DNA of 63,712 bases, filler included, from Octopus bimaculoides (lineage: Eukaryota), in the NCBI RefSeq assembly GCF_001194135.2. It is 4 parts of 4 records of this genome, joined end to end, with 100 filler letters (N's around TTAATTAATTAA, not from the genome) between each part and the next. Parts side by side here need not be neighbours in the genome. Positions count along the whole stretch, not along the records: positions 1 to 27,587 come from NC_068989.1; 3 more parts are not named here. One strand, written 5' to 3'. The stretch's first letter is position 1; each line of letters opens with the position of its first letter. Position numbers and translations under genes: made by a program. Below the pieces are notes generated by a model. That model was not told the origin of the DNA and searched no databases. It saw nothing but the letters and a program-made list of their open reading frames with translations. Below are positions 13,158-26,034 of this stretch, one piece after another.

Positions 13158-14206
13158 NNNNNNNNNNNNNNNNNNNNNNNNNNNNNNNNNNNNNNNNNNN
13201 NNNNNNNNNNNNNNNNNNNNNNNNNNNNNNNNNNNNNNNNNNNNNNNNNNNNNNNNNNNNNNNNNNNNNNNNNNNNNNNNNNNNNNNNNNNNNNNNNNNN
13301 NNNNNNNNNNNNNNNNNNNNNNNNNNNNNNNNNNNNNNNNNNNNNNNNNNNNNNNNNNNNNNNNNNNNNNNNNNNNNNNNNNNNNNNNNNNNNNNNNNNN
13401 NNNNNNNNNNNNNNNNNNNNNNNNNNNATCGTAGGGGGTGGTTTTGGAAATAAAAAGAAATAAAAGCAAAGTAAAATATGCAATAGAGGGATCTGAAGGG
13501 TTGAAGCAGAGTAGTGGAGTTGGTTGATGAAACACACTGAAGGTCTCAGACCAGCTTACATATTGCAGTTGATTGACATGAAGGTACATTGGTCTGCCTT
13601 TTCAGATCCTTAAGATCTTGGTCCTGAGTCTTGCCAAGTGCCCAGATAAGCCACATTAAAAAAAAAAAAGACAAATGCTAAAATAAGAATAGCCCCCTAT
13701 AGCTAAGCTTAATAAAATGCCCCGTGGTGTATGGTGGGTGTTCTTCCACACGCAGTGCCACCAAATTTCAAGCAGGGATATATCAAAAGTTTTCCATTAA
13801 GATTTGTAATTAAATTATTGAGTAAGGTTAATATTTATAAAGAAGTTACCATTTCCGATGAGAGTGCAATGCATTCCTAACCCACCCAGAATATATACCC
13901 CTGTCAGTGAGGTAGTGTCACAACTACAAAAACTTTCAAGTTTACCAATTATAACTTACTCATATCAAATTTCATTACCCATTTTAACCCACTGTCCTCA
14001 TTTGAGGACAGTCGTATTCAGTTTGTTTACTGCAATAAAAGTTAACAGAACGCTTCTATATATTTGTTATCTCTATTTATATAACTATTTTCAAAATTTC
14101 AACAGGGTTAACTTGGGTTAAAATGGGTTAAGGATACAGCTTCTTACATTTGTTTGACCTCGCATCTAAATGGATGGCTTGATAAGCATTCAAGTTGTCA
14201 TGACAA

Positions 14207-14397
14207 ACCATAAGTAATCAGCTCATCCACAAGAATCAAAGACCTTGGAAAATAACACACATCTGACACTTTTTCTTTTCTCACATTCTTGGTAATTTGC
14301 TTTGGTTTTCTGCAAGAATGTGAGAAAAGAGAAAGCGTCAGATGTGTGTTATTTTCCAAGGTCTTTGATTCTTGTGGATGAGCTGATTACTTATGGT
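14207..14397. repeat. 85-bp near-perfect inverted repeat with a 21-nt spacer
   Basis: 14207-14291 vs 14313-14397, 2 mismatches. Confidence 0.95.
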
Positions 14398-16787
14398 ATC
14401 TCTCACACTTATCTAGACAGCATTTTAACCCTGTTGACACCAGCCCAGTCAAGAATGCCCCTGGGTTAATTTATGTTAATTTATGTTCCAGACACCAGCA
14501 TAATAATAACAGTTATTTCATGATACCTATTGATGTCCGTAAGTGATTGAAACACAATGGAAAAGAGCTTCTCTTTTCTTTCAGTAGCACAGAGCCAATT
14601 GAAGGTACTGGCAAACTGAACAAACTGCCCAGGGTGGCACAAACTAAGGGGAATCATGTATTTGGGAATCTTCCAAATGCAAAGTAAATATGCATGGAAC
14701 CTTGGGCAAGTTTCTTCTACAATAGATTTGGGCCTACCAAAGCTTTAATCTGCTCATTCAGGGCCAACATGGATCTAAACAACATCAAGAACACTGCATC
14801 ATATTACATGATGTGAGCCAATGAGGAAGCCTGCACGTGGTTGTTTGATCTGTTAGAAACAGCAGCCAAATAATCTCTCAAAAAAAAAAACATGCACTCA
14901 TTGAATAATGAGATCCAGTGTTTCTAACACTTAGTAAAAGGGTGGGATGGCCAAGGTAGGAATGCCTTAGATCATAAGCCTGTTTGAATAATAAGACTTG
15001 GGGGTTAAAAAAAGAATACTACCCTATGCTACACTAAAATATCTGAGCCAGCGAGGAAGCCCCAACATCATCATCCAATCTGTGTTAGAAATAGCAGCCA
15101 AATATCCCTCAAATCACACCCTGCCATAAGCTATACAATCTGAGCTAACAGGAGAGTCTTTACATGGACACTCCATTTGTTAGAAACAGCAACCAAATAT
15201 CCTTCAAATAACATTCTACCATTCTGAGTAAAGGACACATCAAATAAGGAGATGGCTATTGATGCCCTTCACATAGGAAGAAGATGGGATTGTCACAGTA
15301 GAAATTCCTTTAAATATAAGGATCCTTGAACAGTGCTGACCTGGTGCCAAACAACAACAACAAAAGCAACAATATCCTATAACATTTCATGGTTCAACAC
15401 CATAGCTACTTCTATATCACCAACATTATAACATCTATATCCCTCTATTAGCAATAGGAGTGTGGGTTTGGCAGGTTTGCAAATACGTGCATATCATCCC
15501 TGATATCCTAATCCTATATCATCTGAAATGTGAGGCCCCAAAATCCTTAGACCTCGTGCTCTCTTTTGCCATTCCTCTTATGTTGTACCTTGAACTATTA
15601 CTCATCAGCCATTCATATCACATGTCTTCAGCCTCAGAGAAAATCACTCACCAGCGATATGCATCACACGCGAGAGCAAATACAGTCATCATTTCATGTA
15701 CACAAATTATTTACAGCAATAACAGTAATATGTCTAAATGTCTGAGATTGGTTCGTTTTTTTTTNNNNNNNNNNNNNNNNNNNNNNNNNNNNNNNNNNNG
15801 GGGGGGGGGTCTATCTTTGACTTGTTTCAGTCGTTAGATTGCGGCCATGCTGAAGAATTTTAGTTGAACAAATCAACCCCAGTACTTGTATTTTTTTTTT
15901 GTTTTTTTCTAAGCCTGATACTAATTCTATCAATCCCTTTGGCCCAACTGCTGAGTTATAGAGATGTAAACATACAAACACTGGTTGCCAAGCAGTGTGT
16001 GGCGGGGAACAAACATAGACACAAAGATACACACGCACACATACACACACATATTTACATATTCACATACAACAGGCTCCTTTCAATTTCTTATTTCTTT
16101 ATTGCCCACAAGGGGCTAAACATAGAGGGGACAAACAAGGACAGACAAAGGGGTTAAGTCAATTACAGCGACCCCAGTGCGTAACTGGTACTTAATTTAT
16201 CAACCCCAAAAGGATGAAAGGCAAAGTTGACTTCAGTGGAATTTGAACTCAGAACATAACGGCCAACGAAATACCACTAAGCAATTCGCCCGGCGTGCTA
16301 ATGTTTCTGCCAGGCTTCTTTCAATTTCTGTCTACGAAACCTACTCATAGGGTTTTGGTCAACCCAAGGCTAAAGTAGAAGACACTTGCCCTCGGTGCCA
16401 AACAGTGGGACTGAACCCGGAACCATGTGACAGGGAAGGAAACTTTTTATCACACAGCTGCGCCTGTTGGTTTGTTTTTTCATAAACACATTATGATTTT
16501 CCAGATTAATTAAATAAAGGTTATGAGTTTGCTAATATGCATAATAAGGTAAGGACAAAATATTTCAAGAGGAACGCATGCATATGCAGTAATATAAGAA
16601 GTTGAAAAACTTCAGTTAATTGAGATTATCTATGCAACTAGTAGATAAAAACTCTATCAAGAGATTTTGTTTAAAATATTGAAAAAAGAGAGATAACTAT
16701 GATAATATAAGCCAAAAATTTTGGAAAATCAAGTCAAATAAGAGTGGATAAGACACTTGGAAATCAAACTAATTGAAATGAGGAGCT

Positions 16788-16818
<31 letters not shown>

Positions 16819-18262
16819 CAAATTATCTCTCAAGATGAAGTTAAATATCCTGAAAATCATTTTGCTATTAACGTTATAATCATCATTGTTGTTGTCATCA
16901 TCCATTTTAGATAAAGTTACTGGGTGTACCTGATGACTTCTAAATAAAAACATTTTTATCATCAGATTTATCATCACTAATTGTTTGAAGAAAAAGACAA
17001 AAACAATTTTCACTAAATCATTGATATTCTTAGAAATTTACATTTCATATTTTATTAATGACATATTTTAATATTCATAACCCAAAATTATATTTGCATT
17101 CTATATTATAACAAACATTACACACACATATATATATATATATATACATAATTAACGCAACATTTAGTTTAATTAAAATTTCATATATTACTTGCATTTC
17201 CTATTTACATTTTCTAGTTAATTTTAAACTCTATGTTATATTTACATATATTTTAGTTACAAATATATATTTATACTATATTCTTTATTTACATTTTATA
17301 TGTTGTCTACATTTCATATTTTATTTAATCAAAAATTCATATCTTTAAACTTCGTTTTTAATAAACTGTGGTGGCAAAACATCTGAGTTATTGCTACAAA
17401 CTCCAAGGAATACTTTAAAGTAAGTTCTACGATATGAACTAACAAGAAATAATGATAGAACCAATGACAGAGCCTATAGGTGGTCGCTCAACGTGCTAGA
17501 AATAACAGACAAAATTTCCTAACCATTTTTTTTTTCTTTTGAAGAAAAAAAAAGAAGAAATGAGCTGTATGAATAATATAGTCCACATACATTATATCAA
17601 TAAAATAAAATGCGTTAGTCATGGTGGGAACGTCTTTCCTCATAAGCTCTGCTCAATCAGGGTTAATGTAGAGTTAAATAATAGCAACAACAATAACAAC
17701 AGTTTCATGCCGAAGCGAGTTTCTCTCTGACACATTCACGTCTATCTGATGACACACATCGTGATCTAACAGTAACGAATGAAAAATGGTAATCATCGAA
17801 AGACCTTNNNNNNNNNNNNNNNNNNNNNNNNNNNNNNNNNNNNNNNNNNNNNNNNNNNNNNNNNNNNNNNNNNNNNNNNNNNNNNNNNNNNNNNNNNNNN
17901 NNNNNNNNNNNNNNNNNNNNNNNNNNNNNNNNNNNNNNNNNNNNNNNNNNNNNNNNNNNNNNNNNNNNNNNNNNNNNNNNNNNNNNNNNNNNNNNNNNNN
18001 NNNNNNNNNNNNNNNNNNNNNNNNNNNNNNNNNNNNNNNNNNNNNNNNNNNNNNNNNNNNNNNNNNNNNNNNNNNNNNNNNNNNNNNNNNNNNNNNNNNN
18101 NNNNNNNNNNNNNNNNNNNNNNNNNNNNNNNNNNNNNNNNNNNNNNNNNNNNNNNNNNNNNNNNNNNNNNNNNNNNNNNNNNNNNNNNNNNNNNNNNNNN
18201 NNNNNNNNNNNNNNNNNNNNNNNNNNNNNNNNNNNNNNNNNNNNNNNNNNNNNNNNNNNNNN

Positions 18263-18774
18263 GGAGACTGGCTAGGAACACCAGAAAACTGCCCCTCCGT
18301 TTCGTTGGGTTTGTGAAACGGGGTTGCTTCTGAGCGTTCGTTAGGCGACATAACTGGAATGTTTGTCGGTGGATTATGACGGACACACGTATCGAAGTGG
18401 TCCGGTGAATTAACACTCTTCTCGGCGTATCGATCCCTTCCGTCGTAGCTGTCCGTTGAAAGCTGTCTCGCTTTAATTGAATCAACACGCGCGATTCTGA
18501 AACGTTGTTTCCCGTACACCGTTTCCATCTCATACTTTTCGGCAGCTTCGTGTTCGTTACTGCTACTATTATTGCAGTGGGTCTTCGGCGAAGCCATCCC
18601 GTTTTCAAAGTTGGTCTGGTTCCGATCAAAATTCGATGAATATGCGGGCGCGGTGTCGTTTGAACGCGCAGAAGAATCTCTGTCTCTGTGAATGCCTGTG
18701 AAGTGATTAGATGGTGAGTTAATGTTGTCGGAGGTGTTGACACTACGAAGATAACAATCGCGATACGGCTCCAT
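18263..18774 (-). CDS. Probable first coding exon; disordered S/N/D/E-rich N-terminus with an RFxI motif (possibly SLC12/NKCC-like, family not established); continues into N gap 17808-18262
   Basis: About 170 stop-free, non-repetitive codons. The ATG is in AAAATGG context with an in-frame TGA 3 codons upstream. The region is CpG-rich relative to the window and contains KQRFRIARVDS. Confidence 0.7.
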
Positions 18775-19988
18775 TTTTATTCAATAGAAAATCAAATAAT
18801 AATAAATAGTAGGCTTTTCCGTAACTGTTCGAGCTTCCTTCCACAGGAGAGAGAGAGAAAAAAAAATTAAACGTAGGAATAAAGGAACGTTCGGATTTTA
18901 GAGAATAAAGTTATATCGCTGGTAGATTCTAATGGATATATATGATATCAATATATATGAATAATGTAGGCAGGCTATTTCGCTTACTCAACGACATCCG
19001 GAGACAATGAAAATAGAAGAAAATGTGACAGCGAAAATAAGCAACAACAACAACATGAAAAGCAACATGGACAATCCGATGGTGGCGGTGTTGATGGTAG
19101 AAATGATAGCAGTAACCGTGTTGAAAGGAAAAACAGCAATGAGTAGGAGGACAAACTGCCAGGTAACAAGAAAACAAAAATGTAATAACAATTGAAAAGC
19201 AGCGATGATATTATTCTGAAAAGAGGAAGTTTAATAGAGAAACCTATTAAAATTACAGAGTAACTTAATTATTATTGTTATTATTAAATAATAATAATAA
19301 TAATACTAATAATGATTTCTTTCATATACATACTGTATTTGCCTTGAAGGAAGGAAAAAAAAGGGGGAGATGAGGTTGTGAGAGGAAATGGTAAATAGAA
19401 TTAAGGCAGAACTTTTCCGAATCTCCGCCTCCAGTTGCGATTACTGTGGGGGAATTTACAGCGCACCACAACGCTCCTCCTACCATCATTCGCGTGTGAG
19501 AGAAGAACAAGAAGAAGAAGAAGGCTTTCCTGAATTTTCCTTCCTGACTTGTCACTTTTTTTCCCCTTTTTCTTTTTGTTTTTTTTACGTGTATATGTTG
19601 TTACTCACATAATTAATATCGACACACCAAAACTAGAAATTGGTACACTGGTTGGCATAAAGAACCGAAGTGACAAGAGCCCTGATTCGAGTGTTTTCAT
19701 TCATATGACAAGAAAAGAAAAGAAAATAAAGAAAAAGTTAACAAAAAAAAAAAAACCAACTAAACACTACTACTTACTCACTTATAAAACTCGATTTAAA
19801 TATTAACAGCAAAGAGGGGAAATGCATAAATAAATAAAAATGATATCTCCACACACATACAGACACACAAAGAAAATACTATACTTAAAAATACTATAAT
19901 TAATGAAGCTTCAATTAACACTACTGAATCGCCTGAGAATTCACGTTGTCAACGAAAACGGACCAACATACACACGCGCGCGCACCGA

Positions 19989-20062
<74 letters not shown>

Positions 20063-20720
20063 AATATATGCATATATCCATACAGACTACACATACTGAA
20101 ATACAAATACACAAGAGTGCATGCAGTCCGTCGTGGGGAGAGAAGTTACTTTCGGAGGTTCAGGTGATTTCGATGAAATTGGAGCAAATGATATGATAAA
20201 GTTTAATGTAAATCGTACATAGAGACAACGGACGGAAACGACGTGGTCGATTATGATTTCTCACGTGGAGAGCAAAATGGATTGGTTTTCCGTTGTTCGA
20301 TTACATGTACTAACCTACTCGATGGCTTAGCTTGCGAAGTGGTCGAATGTTCCACAGACCATGTGCACAGCCTTAACGCAGTTCTCAAGCAGAATCATAG
20401 AATTACTGGGACACAGCATGTGAAAAAGAGTTCGATTTTTTTGAATTCAATGTTCAGGTTTCAAATTTATTCATATTTTGGCTAAGGCGCCGGGAAGCGG
20501 GATGTCATTATTACGGAGCGAAATTCTCAAACACTCAGCTAGGCCTGGCTTCTTGCAAGAGACCAGGGAAGACGTGAGTCTTTGGGCTCTGTCTTTTGAA
20601 GGAAAGACGAAAACTGTCGAGGTAGGTGTCTTTGTTCGTTTGAGCTGGGCATAATTTATTGTTTGTCTATTTTTTCAGTAAATTCTGCCCAGCCATGGGG
20701 CAATTTCGCTTATTCTTGGC
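18775..20720. promoter_or_regulatory. CpG-retaining 5'/promoter-like region upstream of the 18774 ATG
   Basis: Largely SINE-free unique sequence with visibly more CpG dinucleotides (19400-19500, 20100-20640) than the flanks, directly upstream of a start codon. Confidence 0.4.
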
Positions 20721-20744
20721 GGGTCTTTTTCTTTTTGTATATTC

Positions 20745-21077
20745 TCTTTTACTTTCTTTTACATGTTCCAGTCATTTGACTGCGGCCATGCTGGAACACC
20801 ACCTTTAGTCGAGCAAATCGACCCCAGTACTTATTCTATCGGTCTCTTTTGCCGAACCGCTAAGTTACGGGGACGTGAACACACCAGCATCGGTTGTCAA
20901 GCGATGTTGGGGGGACAAACACAGACACACATATCTATACATATACATATATATACGACGGGCTTCTTTCAGTTTCCGTCTACCAAATCCACTCACAAGG
21001 TTTTGGTCGGCCTGAGGCTATAGTAGAAGACACTTACCCAAGGTGCCACGCAGTGGGACTGAACCCGGAACCATGTG
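20745..21077 (-). mobile_element. SINE family A (runs into gap)
   Basis: Reverse complement of the 8079-type element. Confidence 0.9.
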
Positions 21078-22041
21078 NNNNNNNNNNNNNNNNNNNNNNN
21101 NNNNNNNNNNNNNNNNNNNNNNNNNNNNNNNNNNNNNNNNNNNNNNNNNNNNNNNNNNNNNNNNNNNNNNNNNNNNNNNNNNNNNNNNNNNNNNNNNNNN
21201 NNNNNNNNNNNNNNNNNNNNNNNNNNNNNNNNNNNNNNNNNNNNNNNNNNNNNNNNNNNNNNNNNNNNNNNNNNNNNNNNNNNNNNNNNNNNNNNNNNNN
21301 NNNNNNNNNNNNNNNNNNNNNNNNNNNNNNNNNNNNNNNNNNNNNNNNNNNNNNNNNNNNNNNNNNNNNNNNNNNNNNNNNNNNNNNNNNNNNNNNNNNN
21401 NNNNNNNNNNNNNNNNNNNNNNNNNNNNNNNNNNNNNNNNNNNNNNNNNNNNNNNNNNNNNNNNNNNNNNNNNNNNNNNNNNNNNNNNNNNNNNNNNNNN
21501 NNNNNNNNNNNNNNNNNNNNNNNNNNNNNNNNNNNNNNNNNNNNNNNNNNNNNNNNNNNNNNNNNNNNNNNNNNNNNNNNNNNNNNNNNNNNNNNNNNNN
21601 NNNNNNNNNNNNNNNNNNNNNNNNNNNNNNNNNNNNNNNNNNNNNNNNNNNNNNNNNNNNNNNNNNNNNNNNNNNNNNNNNNNNNNNNNNNNNNNNNNNN
21701 NNNNNNNNNNNNNNNNNNNNNNNNNNNNNNNNNNNNNNNNNNNNNNNNNNNNNNNNNNNNNNNNNNNNNNNNNNNNNNNNNNNNNNNNNNNNNNNNNNNN
21801 NNNNNNNNNNNNNNNNNNNNNNNNNNNNNNNNNNNNNNNNNNNNNNNNNNNNNNNNNNNNNNNNNNNNNNNNNNNNNNNNNNNNNNNNNNNNNNNNNNNN
21901 NNNNNNNNNNNNNNNNNNNNNNNNNNNNNNNNNNNNNNNNNNNNNNNNNNNNNNNNNNNNNNNNNNNNNNNNNNNNNNNNNNNNNNNNNNNNNNNNNNNN
22001 NNNNNNNNNNNNNNNNNNNNNNNNNNNNNNNNNNNNNNNNN

Positions 22042-22760
22042 AGGTGATACTTGAGGGACGCCCCCCTCCCCAAGTGTCACCTGTGTCTGGAGCCTGGTCA
22101 TATCAGGAAGAATTGCCCCAAGGGCTGTGGTAAGGCTCTAGAGCAGGGGAAAGAAAAGGTGCCCGCCGCCACCCCATTGGAGGGGGAGATGGCGGAAGTC
22201 GTGGAGGAAGTTGCCTCCACGAAAAGAAAAAGGTGAGCAACAATGGTTGCTCACCAAAAAATGGGCAAACGGCACAAGAGGCGGGGGGATTGTGCCCCCC
22301 CCCCGTTCCCGTCGACACAGGTCACTGCTCCCGTAGCCTCTAAAAGAAAGAAGAAAAATAGGAGCACAGGACAGTCGGTGGATGTCCCTGTAAGTTCTAC
22401 GATATGAACTAACAAGAAATAATGATAGAACCAATGACAGAGCCTATAGGTGGTCGCTCAACGTGCTAGAAATAACAGGGAGGGCCTGGGCGACCGAGAC
22501 CTTAGGTACTCGGACTGCACAGGCAGCCCAATATGGCCTCCGCAGGGGGCTGCAGAGGTAGTACAACATAGGGTTTTGTCAAGGGTCATGGCGACCTTTG
22601 ACAGGAAGGATTTTGCGTTCCTTTTCAGGGGCCCCGACTTGTCGGTGTAGAGTTGCCTGCAAGCGGCAAGTCAACTTGCTTAGGGGCTCCGATGAAGAGG
22701 AGTGATCTTGATTTTTAATTTAATGTTTGTATTGATTTTTGATTTTTGTTTTAAAAATTT
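22042..22760 (+). mobile_element. Non-LTR retrotransposon (L1/Tx1-like) ORF1 remnant with a CCHC zinc knuckle
   Basis: GC-rich island encoding VILEGRPP, then after a frameshift CHLCLEPGHIRKNC (CX2CX4HX4C), followed by K-rich segments. It carries stops and frameshifts and is interrupted at 22390-22478. Confidence 0.7.
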
Positions 22761-22914
22761 TGATGTAAAGCAAAAATTGAAATCGAGGGCTTGTTGGTCG
22801 GTGGGCGCCGACATCCCTCTCATCGTTTTCATCTTTATCATTATTTTCATTCATCTCATTTTGTCTATATCCAGCCCACAATCTTCTATCTTTGTACTGC
22901 CCTTGTGACAAATT

Positions 22915-23200
22915 TTATGAAATAAAGAAGCTTGCTTCTCAACCACGTGGTTGCAGGTTCAGTCTTCTGTCTGGGCCTTGTGAGCGGATTTGGTACACAG
23001 AAACCGAAAGGAGACCATTGTGTGTGTGTGTGCGTGTGTCCACCACCATCCATTGTCAACCGGTATTGGTATGTTTACATTCCCGGAGCTAAGAGATTCG
23101 GCAAAAGGCACCGATAGTACAGGGTCGATTCGTTCGGCTAAAATTCTTTCAGGGTGGTGCCATTGCATGGCCGCAGTCTAATAACAGAAACAAGTGAAAG
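22915..23200 (+). mobile_element. SINE family A, diverged
   Basis: Head, core and tail recognisable with deletions. Confidence 0.75.
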
Positions 23201-23225
23201 ATTTTTTAAAAAGGGATGTGCGTAT

Positions 23226-23392
23226 GTATGCACGTGGAAAGAGAGAGAGAGAAAGAAAGAGTGAGAGAAAGAGAGAAAGAAAGAGTGAGAAAGAGAAAGA
23301 AAGAAAGAAAGGGTGAGAGAGAGAAAGAAAGAGTGAGAAAGAGAGAAAGAAAGAGTGAGAGAGAGAGAAAGAAAGAAAGAGTGGGAGAGAGA
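23226..23392. repeat. Purine-rich (GA/GAAA)n tract
   Basis: Seen directly. Confidence 0.95.
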
Positions 23393-24411
23393 TGTATTAT
23401 TTCTAAGTTGCACAGTTAAAAACTTCGCTCCTTAACTACATGGGTTTGATCCCAAAGCGCAGCATCTTGGACAAAATGTCTTCCATTATTATCTCGGCTG
23501 ATCAGAACCTTCTGTGCGAGATTTCGTAAACGGATACTGTATGGAAACCCGTCGTGCACATGTATATATGAGTGGAGATATGCGGGGACGCATCCGTGGA
23601 CGCGCGTGTATGTACGTATACGTACGCATGTAAACATCAACGGAATGTAACCAAAAATGATAGATAGATAGATACAGATAGATGGCAACAGACAGGTAGA
23701 GACACAGTCAGTCAGACAGACAGATAGAATATCGAAGCAATGTATAGTGGAATATCTATCCGTCTCGGTTGTCTCCGTCTACGGCCGACTCACTTCGTCA
23801 TTTGTCTATCTCTGAGATCGACGAAAGGATCTTGTAATGTAATATAATTCCATTTGCTCTAGAGTCAGGCAAAACGCTTTATGGAATTTCTTCCAACTGA
23901 TTTATACGTTCTGAGTTCTAATTCCGCCGGGGTCAACTTTGCCATTTATCCTTTCAGAGTCGATAAAATAAAGTACGAGTCAAGTACTGGAGGAGCTGCG
24001 ATCGACTTGTCCTCGCCCCTCAACATTTCCGGCCCTGTTCCAAAATTAGAAGATAGAAAGAATTGATTTTAATTCCTTCCATTTTAGCTAAGATGCCTAA
24101 CACAAATATTGATTTCAAATTTTGCCACAAGGCCAGCAATTTAGAGGGAGGTGGTTAGTCGATTACATTGAGCCAGTGCTCAGTCGACCCCTAAAGGATG
24201 AAAGGCAAAGTGGACCTCAGTGGAATNNNNNNNNNNNNNNNNNNNNNNNNNNNNNNNNNNNNNNNNNNNNNNNNNNNNNNNNNNNNNNNNNNNNNNNNNN
24301 NNNNNNNNNNNNNNNNNNNNNNNNNNNNNNNNNNACTCAGAGCGTAAAGACGGACAAAATGCAGCAAAATTTTGTCCGAGAATATCAACTAGACTTAGGG
24401 CTGCATTTTCG

Positions 24412-24609
24412 CACAAAAACCGTTAGATTCACTTGAACATTTAAATTTAATTTGTGTCAAAATATTTTCGTCACTTTGAATCCGCGATCTGTTTAATAAC
24501 AAAACTTCGTGCTGCATTTCTGTGAACAGGTCGCGGTTTCAAAGCGACGAAAATATTTTGACACAAATTTAATTTAAATGTTGAAGTGAATCTAACGGTT
24601 TTTTTGTGT
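24412..24609. repeat. ~83-bp inverted repeat with a ~31-nt spacer (palindromic MITE-like)
   Basis: 24412-24493 vs 24525-24609, about 5 substitutions plus an A-run indel. Confidence 0.9.
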
Positions 24610-24659
24610 GTTCTTAAATCTTCAACGCTGCAATTGTGTGTGTAGTTGAAATTTACAGA

Positions 24660-24805
24660 AAAAAAAAACGAAGACAGGTGTGTGAACAACAAGTAGATGT
24701 ATTAGTTTGACGATCGGGAAAGTGAGAAAGTCTTTTACATTTCGACCCTATGCTCTTCAACAGAAAGGAATAAGAGGAAATAAACAGAGAGAGAGAAAAA
24801 AAACT
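24660..24805 (-). mobile_element. Second copy of the same Penelope-like repeat with a decayed hammerhead-like motif
   Basis: Minus strand ccttt-ctgttgaa-gagc atag ggtc-gaaatgta-aaaga (24728-24768). The flanks resemble the 11340-11460 copy. Confidence 0.5.
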
Positions 24806-26034
24806 TGTGGATTTAGTGGTCAAGCATGGTGACTAGTTGGAAAGAAAGGGTGTTTGACAGAAAAGGTAGAAAGAAGGGGAGATAATAAAATATTGGTGAT
24901 CCCAAAACGAAGGTGCACGAGCGTGTGTGTGTATGTGAGAATGTGTGTGTGTGTATATAGATAGGGGCTAGTGACTTTGACGTGTGTGCGTCTGTAATGT
25001 GTGGGTGAGCGGATGATGGTGTGGGTGCTGGGAAGTGGTCAGTGCTAGCGTGTGTGGAGTGGTGTGGGGTGGCGTGATGTGGTGTACACATACATATATA
25101 TACAAACACATACGTATACGCATATATGAACGTATTTATCTAAATATACACACGTATATACATATTTATAAAGGTACACACATATATATATGCATACACA
25201 CATTTCTTATTAGTTTCAATAGGCAAAAAGTTATAAGAGTGACTCGAAGACTAAGAGTTTCGTGCTTAGGCCACTGAAGTGCTTTTGTAATTTTCAAACG
25301 ATTAAACATGAAAAGTATATGTATTCGTTCATTAAATTCTATTTCTCCAATTTGTTCCACTAAACACACACACACACACACACACGAACGCGCGCGCGCA
25401 TAAGCATGGTGATACAGGGTCATTAATCAATGAAGACCAGCGAGGTGTAACAAGAAAGAAATAAAATTTAAGTTGCCAGTAATGGCCTTGCAACAGAACA
25501 GAAAATAATTCGAATCGAAATGCTTCAAGCTGATGATTTAGTAATCCTCCGTGTGCGTGAGCGCGCGCTTCGTGTGTGTGTGTGTGTGTGTGTGTATGTA
25601 AAAGTTATTTTACATTTTTTTGCTTTTTGTTTGTTTTCATATTTCATATTAACCAGCCTACAAACGGCCTACACATATTAAAGGAAGGATATCAACAAAG
25701 AAGATATTAAAAGGAAATCATCACAGTGTAGGATGCAGGTGTGGCTGTTTGATAAGAAGCTTGATTCTCAACCATGCGGACTTGGGTTCAGTCCCACTGC
25801 ACGGCATTTGGGGCATGAAATCTCTTATAGCGTGTTCCGATAGCTCGTTATTGTTAGTAATTAATTAGCGGTGGTAAGTTTTACCCTTCAGATTAGTTTT
25901 CTCTTAATACCCCCAACCCCCGCTATGGCATGGGGAAAACTGAAAGGCTGAAGTACTTTCGACTGAAGTCTATAACTATTAGTAAAGCTACGAACGGCCC
26001 TGAATGTGAAATGACAGCATCATATGACAAATGA

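Noticed and set aside
13850-13925. Minus-strand 74-nt exon-like segment CDTTSLTGVYILGGLG, considered as an SLC12 exon
   Set aside because: Similarity is limited to TTxLTG, and it lies in MITE-like sequence.
20894-22133. Long ORFs spanning N runs (also 2016-2993, 12870-13589, 51384-52240, 52826-53404, 57751-58688)
   Set aside because: Their length comes from X residues in assembly gaps.
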